Shown: positions 47,513 to 61,802 of the stretch, in pieces
Layout of the letters: each line of letters opens with the position of its first letter
How positions within the stretch are numbered: the first letter of the stretch is position 1
DNA from: Octopus vulgaris
Taxonomy: Eukaryota
Assembly: GCA_951406725.2 (NCBI GenBank)
Contig: OX597829.1
Span: 31,992,001-32,056,000, forward strand
Length of the DNA: 64,000 nt
Direction: 5' to 3'
The notes under the pieces: model-generated
What the model saw: only the letters and a program-made list of their open reading frames with translations
Told to the model about the DNA's origin: nothing
Database searches by the model: none
Position numbers and translations under genes: made by a program

Positions 47513-47643
47513 TGTATGTATGTATGTATGTATGTATGTATGTATATTTGGATATTTGTTTATTATTTATTTGTATATATTAAGTAATACGTGTGCGGCA
47601 CGTTTAGTATATTAATATTATTATTATATTTTTAAAGTTAATT

Positions 47644-47790
47644 ATAACTTCTGACGAAGCCTATGGTTCTTTTAACATATAAGTATTATTTTTTTTTAAT
47701 GCCTACGACCCTAGTATGTTGACATCTATAGGCAATGAAAATTAAGATTCACTTTTTTGACCATAGGCTGAAACAGCTGTAAGAAGTCAT
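47644..47790 (+). ncRNA. Type I hammerhead-like motif with long stem II (mirror copy 50800-50946, -)
   Basis: CTGACGA agcctatggt..accataggct GAAA cagctg TA. Stem II of 10 bp, palindromic stem III, weak stem I. Confidence 0.65.
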
Positions 47791-47869
47791 TTCTGGATTT
47801 CAATAATTTATAATATGACTTTTAAAAACTGTATTTGTATTATTATCTTATCTATTGATTTATATAATA

Positions 47870-48265
47870 CTAGCAGTATCACCCGGCGTTGCTCGGGTTT
47901 GTAAGGGAAATAACTATATAAGCATTTTTAGAGATGTAAAGTATAATAACCATCTCAATATGGCTAACCACAAAGGAGGGGGTGTTACTGTAGCTTTTTA
48001 CGTTCTGAGATTTAATAATAAATTTTTTAGAGAGTTACTTCCTATTTATGCCAAAAATGCATTAAAAATGGGAAAAATTGATGGTAATTTTTTTTTTAAA
48101 TCGTAGACTCATCGTAGACGCGCGCTAATACCCAGAAGGGCTCGATATGTATCACGACTATAAGATACCCGGTTTTGGTTAAACTGCACCGCAAAATGTG
48201 GGAGTAGTTAGGAATCTAAATCGTAGGAGACAGACAACACACAATCTCACTTTTATATATAAAGA
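47870..48265 (-). mobile_element. Non-autonomous Helitron-like element (mirror of 50323-50720)
   Basis: TC start, GC hairpin and CTAG end on the minus strand. Confidence 0.8.
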
Positions 48266-49500
48266 TTTGTATGCTTTTGATGTTCACATTTGTAAAATGA
48301 ATAAATAATCTAACATTATAATATCCGTAAGTTGATGAACAAACTAAATTTGTTTCTCCATTTTCTTATTTGTATTATAAATTTACGGTAAAAATATTTC
48401 TTTACCTTCACCCGTTTAATACAATAAATGAATTAATTGCATTGCAATTAATGTATTAAGAATTTGGGTACTTTACCAACAGTATATTGGATAAATGATA
48501 TCCCATAGTGGGTTACACCCATAACCCCTATCTTACTTTGTACTTTATATATATATATATATATGCATATACACACATACATAGTCATATATATATGTAT
48601 ATGTATATGTAAAAATATACAAACTGGGACAAGAACGCAAAACATTTAGAAGACGATACAAAAACACGATACAAAAACACTTCAATCTTCAGTCAAGAAC
48701 CGGATCACCCTCGCAATTTCGGTTGATTAATCTTGAGATTGCTCCAACTCTAGCCAGCCCCAAAGGAAAATCTAAGCCAAGCGCATTAGATTCCTTGGAA
48801 GAAAGTATCGAATGTATACAAAACAAAGGACGGGAAAACGGACGATGTTACACGACTAAGAATACAAAAATACGTAAAAACAATAATGAAAACACAAATA
48901 AGAATACGAAAATACGTAAAAACAATAATGATAATAATAATGGTAACAGAAAAGAAGAATTTCGATTATCTCCACATGGTGAGTTGTAATGTATATAAGA
49001 AATTAAAAAAGGAAAATACGCACACTTACATAGTTTTAATATAATTTTTAATATATCGACCGGTTTCGCTATCGCTATTCATGATATTATGTTTTACTTA
49101 TTTGAATATATATTTTTTTTTAAGAAGAAATTCTGTCCATGTTGTGTGTGATGAAATTCACGAGTGAATGACTTCACAAGTAGATAAATAAAGGGAGGTA
49201 TTTGGTTGTCGCAATTATTGTTATTGTTGTGGGTAAGGGAGATAACTGTTCAGCTTTCGGTAATGTGTGGGGATTATATATATAATCCCCACCCATTACC
49301 GATTACATATATAATCCCCACCCATTACCGAAAGCTGAACAGTTATCTCCCTTACCCACAACAATAACAATAGTAACGACAACCAATTACCTCCCTTTAT
49401 TTATCTACTTGTGAAGTCATTCACTCGTGAATTTCATCACACACAACATGGACAGAATTTCTTCTTAAAAAAAAATATATATTCAAATAAGTAAAACATA

Positions 49501-49535
49501 ATATCATGAATAGCGATAGCGAAACCGGTCGATAT
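49501..49535 (+). ncRNA. 35-nt minimal hammerhead-like motif with A3:U8 core variant (mirror 49053-49087, -)
   Basis: atatc ATGAATA gc-gata-gc GAAA ccgg TC gatat. Confidence 0.65.
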
Positions 49536-50322
49536 ATTAAAAATTATATTAAAACTATGTAAGTGTGCGTATTTTCCTTTTTTAATTTCTTATATACATT
49601 ACAACTCACCATGTGGAGATAATCGAAATTCTTCTTTTCTGTTACCATTATTATTATCATTATTGTTTTTACGTATTTTCGTATTCTTATTTGTGTTTTC
49701 ATTATTGTTTTTACGTATTTTTGTATTCTTAGTCGTGTAACATCGTCCGTTTTCCCGTCCTTGTTTTGTATACATTCGAGGCTTTCTTCCAAGGAATCTA
49801 ATGCGCTTGGCTTAGATTTTCCTTTGGGGCTGGCCAGGTTGGAGCAATCTCAAGATTAATCAACCGAAATTGCGAGGGTGATCCGGTTCTTGACTGAAGA
49901 TTGAAGTGTTTTTGTATCGTGTTTTTGTATCGTCTTCTAAATGTTTTGCGTTCTTGTCCCAGTTTGTATATTTTTACATATACATATACATATATATATA
50001 TGACTATGTATGTGTGTATATGCATATATATATATATATATAAAGTACAAAGTAAGATAGGGGTTATGGGTGTAACCCACTATGGGATATCATTTATCCA
50101 ATATACTGTTGGTAAAGTACCCAAATTCTTAATACATTAATTGCAATGCAATTAATTCATTTATTGTATTAAACGGGTGAAGGTAAAGAAATATTTTTAC
50201 CGTAAATTTATAATACAAATAAGAAAATGGAGAAACAAATTTAGTTTGTTCATCAACTTACGGATATTATAATGTTAGATTATTTATTCATTTTACAAAT
50301 GTGAACATCAAAAGCATACAAA

Positions 50323-50720
50323 TCTTTATATATAAAAGTGAGATTGTGTGCTGTCTGTCTCCTACGATTTAGATTCCTAACTACTCCCACATTTTGCGGT
50401 GCAGTTTAACCAAAACCGGGTATCTTATAGTCGTGATACATATCGAGCCCTTCTGGGTATTAGCGCGCGTCTACGATGAGTCTACGATTTAAAAAAAAAA
50501 TTACCATCAATTTTTCCCATTTTTAATGCATTTTTGGCATAAATAAGGGAAGTAACTCTCTAAAAATTTATTATTAAATCTCAGAACGTAAAAAGCTACA
50601 GTAACACCCCCCTCCTTTGTGGTTAGCCATATTGAGATGGCTATTATACTTTACATCTCTAAAAATGCTTATATAGTTATTTCCCTTACAAACCCGAGCA
50701 ACGCCGGGTGATACTGCTAG
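50323..50720 (+). mobile_element. Non-autonomous Helitron-like element
   Basis: A|TC...cccgagcaacgccggg..CTAG|T. Confidence 0.82.
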
Positions 50721-51074
50721 TATTATATAAATCAATAGATAAGATAATAATACAAATACAGTTTTTAAAAGTCATATTATAAATTATTGAAATCCAGAAA
50801 TGACTTCTTACAGCTGTTTCAGCCTATGGTCAAAAGTGAATCTAATTTTCATTGCCTATAGATGTCAACATACTAGGGTCGTAGGCATTAAAAAAAAATA
50901 ATACTTATATGTTAAAAGAACCATAGGCTTCGTCAGAGGTTATAATTAACTTTAAAAATATAATAATAATATTAATATACTAAACGTGCCGCACACGTAT
51001 TACTTAATATATACAAATAAATAATAAACAAATATCCAAATATACATACATACATACATACATACATACATACA

Positions 51075-51161
<87 letters not shown>

Positions 51162-51633
51162 AATAGATATATACATACATAAGCAAAGTGTACATACTAT
51201 TCACATGCGCAAAATACATTAATGAACACCATTGAACAATATATTACATTGGATATACCATGCGTCGTATACTTATGTAAATATATTAGAACGTATATAC
51301 ACTACTATGTTTATCAGTAACAAAAATGTTATTGCATTAACGATAATTTTCAACAGAACATACATATTATAATAATGTCTACTAACATATCAAAAATTCA
51401 CGATACAAGGTTCAATATATATATATTCATACATATACATATATATACAAGCGCTTACAAAATTATATGCGTATGAGTATATAAATTAGACAATTATAAT
51501 ACAGTTATTACTTTATACATCCACGTAAAGCGAATAAATTCAATTTTAAAACCCAAAAGAGTAATTCCATATTTATGTCAAAGCTGAATTTAACCCACAA
51601 TGTTTATGCTTCCGTTTTATGCACATTAAAGAG

Positions 51634-51700
<67 letters not shown>

Positions 51701-51730
51701 CACACACATATATATGTGTGTGTGTGTGTT

Positions 51731-51823
<93 letters not shown>

Positions 51824-52626
51824 TGATCTTGCATGCATGAAGTGGAATCGATCCACCACAGCCAAATTTAAATTAACAGTGCAACAGAACTTTTTCCCAC
51901 GATGGAACAATGGTTATTCTCTGACAGCAGTTTTACATTTTCCATGTGTCTTTAGCAGGCCGAAATAATGTCTCCACCACTTGATCCTTTCTAACCTCTT
52001 CTACTTCACCAAAAGCTAGAATAGAGATAACAAGACCACCAAATAAATCTATTGTTCTCAATAATATATCTATCCTTCTGGATCTTTATATAAGCAAGCA
52101 TACCCAAGGCAAAAATCAGTTCGTCACAGTCGTGACGACTTAACGGAGTTAGTCACAGTCGGTGACGACTCAACGTGGTCTGGCTGACCAACATTGGTCA
52201 GAGGGAGAAATGAAGTTTACTGCCATCAATTGTCAGACAACACCCTACAATTCTCTCAAACTCTAATTCTGTTCTCTTACAACAGCATTCTCTCTCTCTC
52301 TCTCTCTCTCTGTTTACTACTAAACAATGAAGAGGACACAAACACAAACTTTACTTCGCATGCTTTTGCATGTATCATAACTTGCCCGTCGAGGCAAGGT
52401 ATTGTAAAGAAACGGTAAATAAATATTTCCTTAAAACTTCATGCATTGTCTATCTTTCACATCCTACAGTAAACAACAATTATAACCACAAATTATTATC
52501 GTTACCACTGCCTCCACGTTTCATAATAATAGTTCACAAATCAATCTTACCTGTTATAATTGGTAACCACACCAAATTAAAAACTTTAACCGTTACAATT
52601 ACTCTAATATAAACTTTATCGTTACA

Positions 52627-52745
<119 letters not shown>

Positions 52746-52879
52746 ATCTATATATATATCTAATATAGGATAAAAGTTTTCGAAAAAAATTCTATCAATG
52801 GCCAGCAAATTAAAAAATACCTTTAAAGGTTAAATTCATAAACAACTTATAAACAAGGGCAATATAAGTTCTATGTATG

Positions 52880-52935
<56 letters not shown>

Positions 52936-53009
52936 ACTATGTATGTGTGTATACGTGTATCTGTCTATCTACCTATCTATCTGATATATGTTTTATATTA
53001 ACTGTATAT

Positions 53010-53101
<92 letters not shown>

Positions 53102-53743
53102 CGCCCACACACACAAATACACAGTCTCACACACACTTGTACATTCATGCACACACATTCATTGCGTGAACGTACAAACAACCTTGAAAACCATCTACAA
53201 ATGTGTTTGTTTCTCCTGTACATGTATGTATATACGTGCGCATACATACAGAATGTATACGCGTAGTCTACATTGCAGGCCTTTTCCTTCCGTTGACCTT
53301 GGTGAGGCAGGAACTGTAATGAAGACGGCAAAAGGTGGTGAAAGTGAGCTTGGCGATGGGTATGTTCATGTCGCTATCACAAGGAAAACGTTTCTGAATG
53401 ATGTAATCGAAGGAAAACGTAGAAGACATAAATATCAACAGTTTAATAAAGTAAAACAGCAGTACACGGAGATATGTACAAAGGGAGTTCTATCTCTTTC
53501 CTTTTTAACGACGTTTCTGACTCATGTGTGTACATGTGTATTCATGTACGCACGCACATAGACACACACACACGAACGCGCGCGCGCACACAAACTACAC
53601 ATACACACGTAAAATAACTCTGAGTGAAAATTGGCCCATATTTGCAAATACCATACAAAATAAATTTTTGATTTATTAAAATTACCTCTGCTTCTGCTTC
53701 GAGGGGGATGTATCATAATAACCAATTTTAAGACCATATATAT

Positions 53744-53876
<133 letters not shown>

Positions 53877-53991
53877 TTCAGTAAAATTTAGATTCAGATG
53901 AATATGGTACTTAAGTTAAAGACACCAGAATTTACGGAGTCGCATGAAACGATCGTACTGCATTACCTCTGGATATCCTTGTTGCTTATTG

Positions 53992-54066
<75 letters not shown>

Positions 54067-54097
54067 TACATACATACATACATATAGACATATATAT

Positions 54098-54416
54098 GGG
54101 TGTGTGGTAAGTAGCCTACTTACCAACCACATGATTCCCAATTCAGTCCTACTATGTGGCACCTTGGGCAAGTGTCTTCTACTATAGCCTAGGGCTATCA
54201 GTGGATTTGGTAGATGGAAACTGAAAGAAGCCTGTCGTATATATATATATATATACATGTATGTATGTATTTTTGTGTGTCTGTGTTTGTCCCTCCCCAC
54301 CCCCAACAACGCTTGACAACCGATGCTGGTGTGTTTACGCCCCTGTAACTTAGTGGTTCAGTAAAATAGACCGATAGAATAAGTACTAGGCATACAAAGA
54401 ATAAGTCCTAGGGTTG
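54098..54416 (+). mobile_element. tRNA-derived SINE
   Basis: Head gtgtggtaag..ttcagtcc, body ggcaccttgggcaagtgtcttctactatagcc, internal microsatellite; related pieces at 35405-35520 and 36262. Confidence 0.75.
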
Positions 54417-54574
54417 ATACTTATTTTACCTTTTTGAAGAATACCAGATATGATTTTATTTTTCATTGATATTGTTATATTTTATTCGATTATTTATTGT
54501 TATGATGCGTATATTTCTATATCTATTTGTTAATTATTATATGTTAAGATACATACATTTATTTTATTATTGTA

Positions 54575-54688
54575 GACCTGAAAAGTGGCTACATTTTAAA
54601 ATTGAATGAATTTTAAATCGAATTAATTTTGATAGTATCAATTTTATTGTTATTGATTTAAACATATAGTCACGAAACGCACATAGTC
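54575..54688 (+). ncRNA. Decayed hammerhead motif (related to 18220-18302)
   Basis: gac CTGAAAA gtggcta..tagtcac GAAA cgcacata gtc; G8A change and decayed stem III. Confidence 0.5.
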
Positions 54689-54927
54689 AATTTAATGTTT
54701 ATTTAATTTAGTGATTTTTTGAATAATATTTATTATAGTATATTTAAATTTTTTCTATATGGTATGGATAATGTCTTTCATTATTGAATTACTTAATAGA
54801 GGTTATTTCTCTTAATTATACATATATATATGTGTGTGTGTGTGTATGTATGTATGTATACATGTATGTATATATTTATATATGTATGAATGTATATAAT
54901 ATATATGTATTTATGTGTGTGTCTGTG

Positions 54928-55355
54928 TACAGAGTGCTGATGGTATTTGAGAACACATGCATTTTTAGTCATTATTTTTTTTGACGAATTTTTATTGAAC
55001 TTCTATTTCAGAAAATAACGATGACAGGCCCTATGCTTACTAATAAAATGAAAAGGCATGCTGTGATTATGGCTTTTAAGGTTAAGCATGGTGATTTAGA
55101 AATTTCTCGTTTTCTGAAAGTTGCAAGATATTTTGTCCACAAGATTCGGTGTGAGTTAGAGAAAGAAGATGGAAGTGCATTACCAGTATGAAAACGTAAA
55201 AAAAAAAAAACATTCCAAATGCTCAGATTCTATAATGACACTTGAATGTATTCAGGAAGTTAAGCAAAATATTGAAGACAATCCAGGAAAATCAATGAGG
55301 TCAAATGCAAAAATATTTCATGTATCAGTAAAAACAATCAGAAATGTTGTGTTTT
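54928..55355 (+). mobile_element. 5' part of an IS630-Tc1-mariner element
   Basis: TA + cagagtgc end; MKRHAVIMAFK..EISRFLKVARYFVHKIR..IEDNPGKSMRSNAKIFHVSVKTIRNVV paired-like HTH. Confidence 0.7.
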
Positions 55356-55553
55356 GTATATATACCAAATATATACATTTTTATTATTATTTTGCAATTT
55401 ACTTAATCATCGGTATATTATTGTTATTTTATTTTTAATATTTCTATTATAAGTAATTTTCTAGATGGTGTAATTTGATTGTTCATTTTGAATTGATAAT
55501 TGATAAAACGTGTTTTTTCTAATTTATATACACACGCACACACACACACACAC

Positions 55554-55613
<60 letters not shown>

Positions 55614-55904
55614 CATGAACTTCTAACTTGTCTCTTGATGTCTCTGGGTGAGACTGGGAGCTAACTTGTACAAATGCAAAGCAAAAGTCAAACATAAAAT
55701 AATGATGATGATGATGATGATAAATTATTTGAACAAATAATTATAAGTTGATTAGCGTGTTTAAAAGTTGAGTAGAGCACCAGCACAGTTTAGGCTACTT
55801 TTTGTACACTCACATTGGATCTACTTCAGGAACTCTGCAATGGCAGTTAGGGTAACAGTATTAATTAATAGTAGGAGACAGATTTTGTATTAGACTTTTG
55901 TTAG

Positions 55905-55949
55905 GTACAACATATGTTTCAACCCGTCAGTCTGGGTCTCATCAGGAAC
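55905..55949 (-). ncRNA. Minimal type I hammerhead ribozyme
   Basis: Minus strand: gttc CTGATGA gaccc..gggtt GAAA catatg TT gtac. Intact core, one stem I mismatch. Confidence 0.7.
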
Positions 55950-56324
55950 ATTGATAAAGATGTCTCACAAGAGATTTTTAGTGTTGGCTGGCCTGTTGTT
56001 ATATGCCCATGAAGTTAGGGAATGAATAAAAGCAAATAATATCAAAGAAATGCAAAAACTTCAAATATGAATGTGGAAATCTTGCATTCCAGTTTAGATA
56101 AAATATCCTAATCAGCTTTCACTGTCATAACTGCTTAGAGGAAAAAGAAAGTAGAAGGAGAAGGAAGATTAATACTTAGACGAGTAGTTTTATGATTGTG
56201 CATATACAGATAGACAGATGGAGGAACACAGACACAGATATATATATATATATATATGTGTGTATGTAAGTATGTATGTATGTATGTATGTGTGTATATA
56301 TATATATATATATATTGTGCTGAT

Positions 56325-56660
56325 CTCTAACTGTGGGGGGAACCTGTGGTAGAGGTAGACCCAGGAAGACATGGGATGAGGTGGTGAAGCATTACCTTCA
56401 AACTTTGAAACTCACAGAGCCAATAACTAGTGATTGAGACCTTTGGCAATTTGCTCTGCTTAAGAGGAACCATCAAGTGAAGTGTGCCTGTGCTGGTGGC
56501 ACATAACAAAATCAACCTTTGAACATCAGGCCTCACAGAGGCAAAGTGGCTGAGTATCTTTCAATGTTGGGCCTCATAGAGGCAAAGTGACTGAGTACTT
56601 TTCGAGTGTTGGGTCTCATAGAGGCAAAGTGGATGAAGTTCCTTTTGAGGGTTGGGCCTT
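56325..56660 (+). mobile_element. RTE LINE 3' end with ~40-bp tandem repeats
   Basis: CGRGRPRKTWDEVV motif, followed by repeated gggcctcatagaggcaaagtg units. Confidence 0.7.
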
Positions 56661-57075
56661 GTATTTTGCCTTCTCTTCCTTGAACCTCCAGATAAGATCA
56701 GCCAGTGATGTTATATGTTGTTTGAGGATTTTTAGAAAGCTGGCAATGTGGTTGCGATATCAATTTTTGAAACTATTGGCCAATGCACCGATATATGCAT
56801 AGGGGCCTCCTCTAGTGTTTACTGTGCACTTACACACCCTATTTCTGGTGATGTATTGATTGTCCAAGGGATATTTTGATCTGTCTCTACATGAGCATAA
56901 TTGGTTGTTTTGTTTTTGTTTGCTTGTGTGCAGCGAGCACTATATGAATTGATTCTACTCAGTACATCTATCTAGCAGAGTTCAAAGTCAATCTGTGCCA
57001 AGCAGCTTCACTCTGCATGCTTTAGCTTCGTTACTATGGCAACAGTCCAGATTCTTATTGATCAGACCATGTGTG

Positions 57076-57111
<36 letters not shown>

Positions 57112-57934
57112 TGTGATTGTTACAATATATGGATTCAAATCTGGTGGTACTCATAAAAAAAGTGACTTGATATATCATTCTACGAAACACTTAGAATATA
57201 TAGTATTCTATTAGGGAAAACAATAAGGAGTGTATAAAATCATAAATGAAAGGGAAATAGTTTGATGAGATTTTATTTAACATTAAGAAAATTCTATCAT
57301 ATATCATTATATTTTTTTTTTAAATTACTTACATGTCTCCATTAATGCAAAATGCAAAAAATCCTTCAAAATAATGCAGAATTTAAGCTAAGTCCTCAGG
57401 TATATATATGTAGTGCTACTGGTAACATGTAACCCAGTACAACTTATTGCATGGTCGGGTTGTCGGCTGTATCATGCGCAGGGACATAGAAATAATCGGA
57501 CTGAATACCCAATCACGTGGTTAAACCATTGGGAGTGAAGGACTCCTAGCCTTTGTTAGGGCATCCTTCTAGGAGAATGTAACTCAGGTAACTGGGATAA
57601 CTCCAACATAAAACCTGCAGCTCAGTGGTTACTGATGATGTTGACTTGTTCTTCTTTTCAGATTATGGCTGCTGTTGCTTAGTGAGTGGGATTGACTCTG
57701 TGCACAGCCTTTCCTCACTTTAAAAAAAATCTTCTTGCACAGGCATTGTACGATAAAGCTTCGTGCAATGGCCATACTCGATAACGAGGGGGCAGCCACC
57801 ATGTATGTATGCATGCATGTATGTATGTATGCGTTTATGTATGTATGTATGCATGCATGCATCTATGCATGCATGTATGTATGTATGTATGTATGTATGT
57901 GTGTGTTTGTATGTATGTATTTATGTATGCATGC

Positions 57935-57967
<33 letters not shown>

Positions 57968-58249
57968 TGCATGCATGTATGCATATTTTGATATAATCTT
58001 GGTAATAAATGTATAGTGTGTTTCCCAGTGCTCCTCTCCAGATATCGGCTACTGAACAGAACTCCTGCTACGATATATACATGTGGAAATATAAACAAAT
58101 TTTAATACGAGATAATGGATTGAACAGACTTTATTACAAATCACTAAATTCTTTCAAAACATCATTATCAGCTGTTAATTAGTGAACACTACATAAATAA
58201 AATGCAATATTGTATTAATATGATTCAATAATTGCTGTATACATGCCCA

Positions 58250-58775
58250 TCCTCAGGTGACCAGAGTCAAGGCACTTCTGTATCATCTTTAGTTTCTCCA
58301 CATTGTATACCTATACCAATTTTGGTACATCTTCCACATACAAACATTACCTTTTCTGATAACCTTTCTATTATTTCACTGCACTTCTTGTGTGTCCATA
58401 GCTTGCACTGGGTACACCAGATGGAATTCCTGCCTACACCTTTCCTACATATTATGCAGAAACATTTATTTGATGGGGGAAGGGTCCTGTCTGTTTTCTT
58501 GTTCACTAGAACCCTAGTCTTTGTTAAGTTAACCATAAGGCCCTTTGATTCCAGGTTTTGCTTCCACAACTGCAATTTTCTAGTTCTCTTACAAAATCAA
58601 CTATGAGTGCTAGATCATCAGCATATAGCAGTTCCCAGGGGCATCCAATCGTGAATTTTTCTATTATGTTCTGCAGGACTATGATGAATAGGAGGAGGCT
58701 GAGGACCGAGCCTTAGTCAACACTTACCTGTAAACTCAATTCATCACTGTACTCATAGTTAACTCTTACCTTGCT
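58250..58775 (-). mobile_element. RTE-clade LINE reverse transcriptase fragment
   Basis: GSVLSLLLFIIV..GCPWELLYADDLAL..WKQNLESKGLMVNLTKTRVL..CTQCKLWTHKKC..CGRC. Confidence 0.9.
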
Positions 58776-60852
58776 AAGATATAAAATCATACACGCACAC
58801 ACATGCTCATGCACACACACACTCATACACACACACACATACACATACACACACATTCACATGCTCATGCACACACACACACATGCACACGTACATACAC
58901 ACACACACATGTACGCATGTATGTATATATGTAAATATGTACTTAGGAGGATGCATGACCCGGTGATTAGGATGTTGCATTCATGATCCCAAGATCATGG
59001 TTTCTATTCCTGGACTGAGTGGTGCATTGTTTTCTAGGGCAAACACTTCATCTCATGTTGCTCTGCAATCACTTTGACACCTGACATGTGGTACAACATG
59101 CACCTGTTCAGGCAACGTCAATTTCATGGAGGGTGTGAGCTAATGTACAACACATGTATTTGAGCATCATAAACAAATCATTTTGCAGATAATTTAGTAA
59201 GAAATTGCTTTCTTAAATTATAAGTGGGTAGGTATAAATGTTTGACCCTGAAGGTAGCATTACAACAATCATTCACTATATTCTCAACCAATCAATCAAT
59301 CAATTGATTAAATTGTACCATGAATGCACCCAAGATGCATCTCAGCAGCTGTGTTGACCTGCAAAAAGCAGTAACCAAATTTCATTCAAATCAAACTCAA
59401 ACAGCTTGAATAGTGATAGAATATATTAGACAATGCAACATGGTTTCTGAAATATGAAAATATGCTAAAAACAAAAAGAAGAAAATTGGATGTAATGTCT
59501 TGAAGGATTTTAGCCAAAGATTTGCTTCATCATCGCTGATTTGGAGCTAAGCAACAACAACAATAGCAATAACAACAGTGATAACATCAACAAAAGCCTG
59601 ATTAATGTCAGCTACCTGACACAGTCAAGGCCACAGCATCATGTCATCAAACTGTCAACAAAGTTCACAGGTTCCACAGAAAGAAAGAACAAATAGCAAC
59701 TGCAAAAGGCTATATTTTTCTGCAGAAAAAAATGTGGTGTGTGCGCGATTTGAATATAAAGGCACCTACCTTCTCTTCCTCGTGACGGAGACCCTCCAGT
59801 GGTAACTAGTCCTTCGACACAGCCCCGACCCGAACACTAACGATAGCAGCTGCTAGCCCAAGCCCTTAGCGACGTCCACACACGTCTTGCCACCTGCACA
59901 ACCCACGTTGGAAAGGCCCAATTGACCGCTGCCTGTGCATGCCTCACAGCTGCCCCTCCCGGTTGCCCCAGCTTCCGGTCAACGCACCCAGCTGCTGACA
60001 TCATCCCACAAAAAGAGCTAAAAAAAAAAAAAAAGCAGGCCATCAACTCCAAACTATTTCTCTTACATCAATTTCTAAACATCCTTTTGTGCCACAATTC
60101 ATTTACTGGTCACTATGTGTGAGAACAAATGGTACTTTACTATTTTGTAAACACTTCAAATCCACAATGTAACCATTTTTGTCTGCAAGACATCAGATTA
60201 CATTACACTTCTTTTTAAAATATGTTATCAAGTTCCTCAAGCTCCAAGAAAGCCTACATCATTATGCTGAATTGCACTTGGTGAAGGCTGCACTGCATTT
60301 TGTAATATATATATATATATTCAAACACATGATGGAAACCTAATTTTCCATCTGAAGCCCTTGAGGGTTTTGTTTACCCACCCACTTCTGATGCAGTTAA
60401 TGCCAAATGAAATACAAGAAATGCTATTAGTATAAATTAGTTTGGGTTTTTGATTTTTGGCCTTTGTTTTATTCTCTACCTCTTGAATTATTCTGTTTCT
60501 TTTTGTTGCCTTTGGCCTCAGGTTCTTTTCAGGCTCAAATTTTAAAGAAAAGCATACACACATGCATACACCCATACCACACACACACACACACACATAC
60601 ATACACACACACTACACTACACCACACCTGAACAAACACACATACACACACACTCACATGTATATAAATGAGCAAAGAGAAATAGGTCCGAGTGGCCATT
60701 GGCCCATATTTTAACACCATAGGAAAAAATAGGTATAACAAATACCGTACAACTTAAATTCTTCATTTATTAAAATTATCTCTGCTTCAAAAGAACATAT
60801 CATAATTTCCAAATGGCAATTAAGACCATGTACATATATATATATGCGAGAA

Positions 60853-61624
60853 GGTTTCACTTTGAAGTCGGCCTGTGTGTGTTTGATGGGGTGTGGGAGA
60901 CAGACAGTATGTTGTGTAAGTGAAGTGCTTCTGTTAGTGTGTGCGAAGAGACAGACATACATATACACATACACCGAGTACATACATACATACACACACA
61001 CACATACATAGATACATACACACACACACATACATACATACACACACACATACTTACACACACACACACACACATAGATACATACACACACACACATACA
61101 TGCAGACATACATATACACATACACCGAGTAAAAAATTACACTGAATCGACCATACATACATACACACATACATACATACACACACACATACATAGATAC
61201 ATACACACACACACATACATACATATACACACACACACATACATAGATACATACACACACACACATACATACATACATACATACACATACACACATACAT
61301 AGATACATACACACACACACATACATGCAGACATACATATACACATACACCGAGTAAAAAATACGATGAATCGGCCATACATACATACATACACACACAC
61401 ATACTTACACACACACAATACATAGATACATGCATACATACATATACACATACATGCATACATACATATACACATACACCGAATAAAAAATCAGTTATCT
61501 CTCTCTTTCACACATTACTCTCTCTGTCTCTTCACACACATAACAGAAGCACTTCACTTACACAACATACTGTCTGTCTCCCACACCCCATCAAACACAC
61601 ACAGGCCGACTTCAAAGTGAAACC
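60853..61624. mobile_element. MITE-like element with ~100-bp TIRs and microsatellite-rich tandem core
   Basis: ggtttcactttgaagtcggcc...gagacaga (60853-60955) is inverted at 61523-61624; internal units end in catacaccgagta. Confidence 0.82.
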
Positions 61625-61722
61625 TATAAAATCGCTTCCTCTTAGTCTCTTTCGCTCTCATTACTTATGTAAAAAAATAAAGTTTTTTACGGAAATCGAA
61701 TCTGCGCTACGACATGCGAAAC

Positions 61723-61802
<80 letters not shown>

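Noticed and set aside
49862-49905. GAAA...CTGAAGA as a permuted hammerhead
   Set aside because: Could not form consistent stems or an NUH site; probably a truncated repeat.
53166-53561. 131-aa ORF
   Set aside because: Non-ATG start, microsatellite-derived ends, and no motif or convincing splice pair.
54098-54170. tRNA gene
   Set aside because: Only degenerate A/B boxes continuing into a SINE body; no cloverleaf.
57333-57342. ATGGAGACAT|gtaagt as first exon of the EGF gene
   Set aside because: The phase fits, but METS-ITIIQS gives no signal peptide and the context resembles a repeat terminus.
60718-60766. MKNLSCTVFVIPIFSYG as signal-peptide exon
   Set aside because: Only a weak donor (G|gtgtta) and marginal hydrophobicity.
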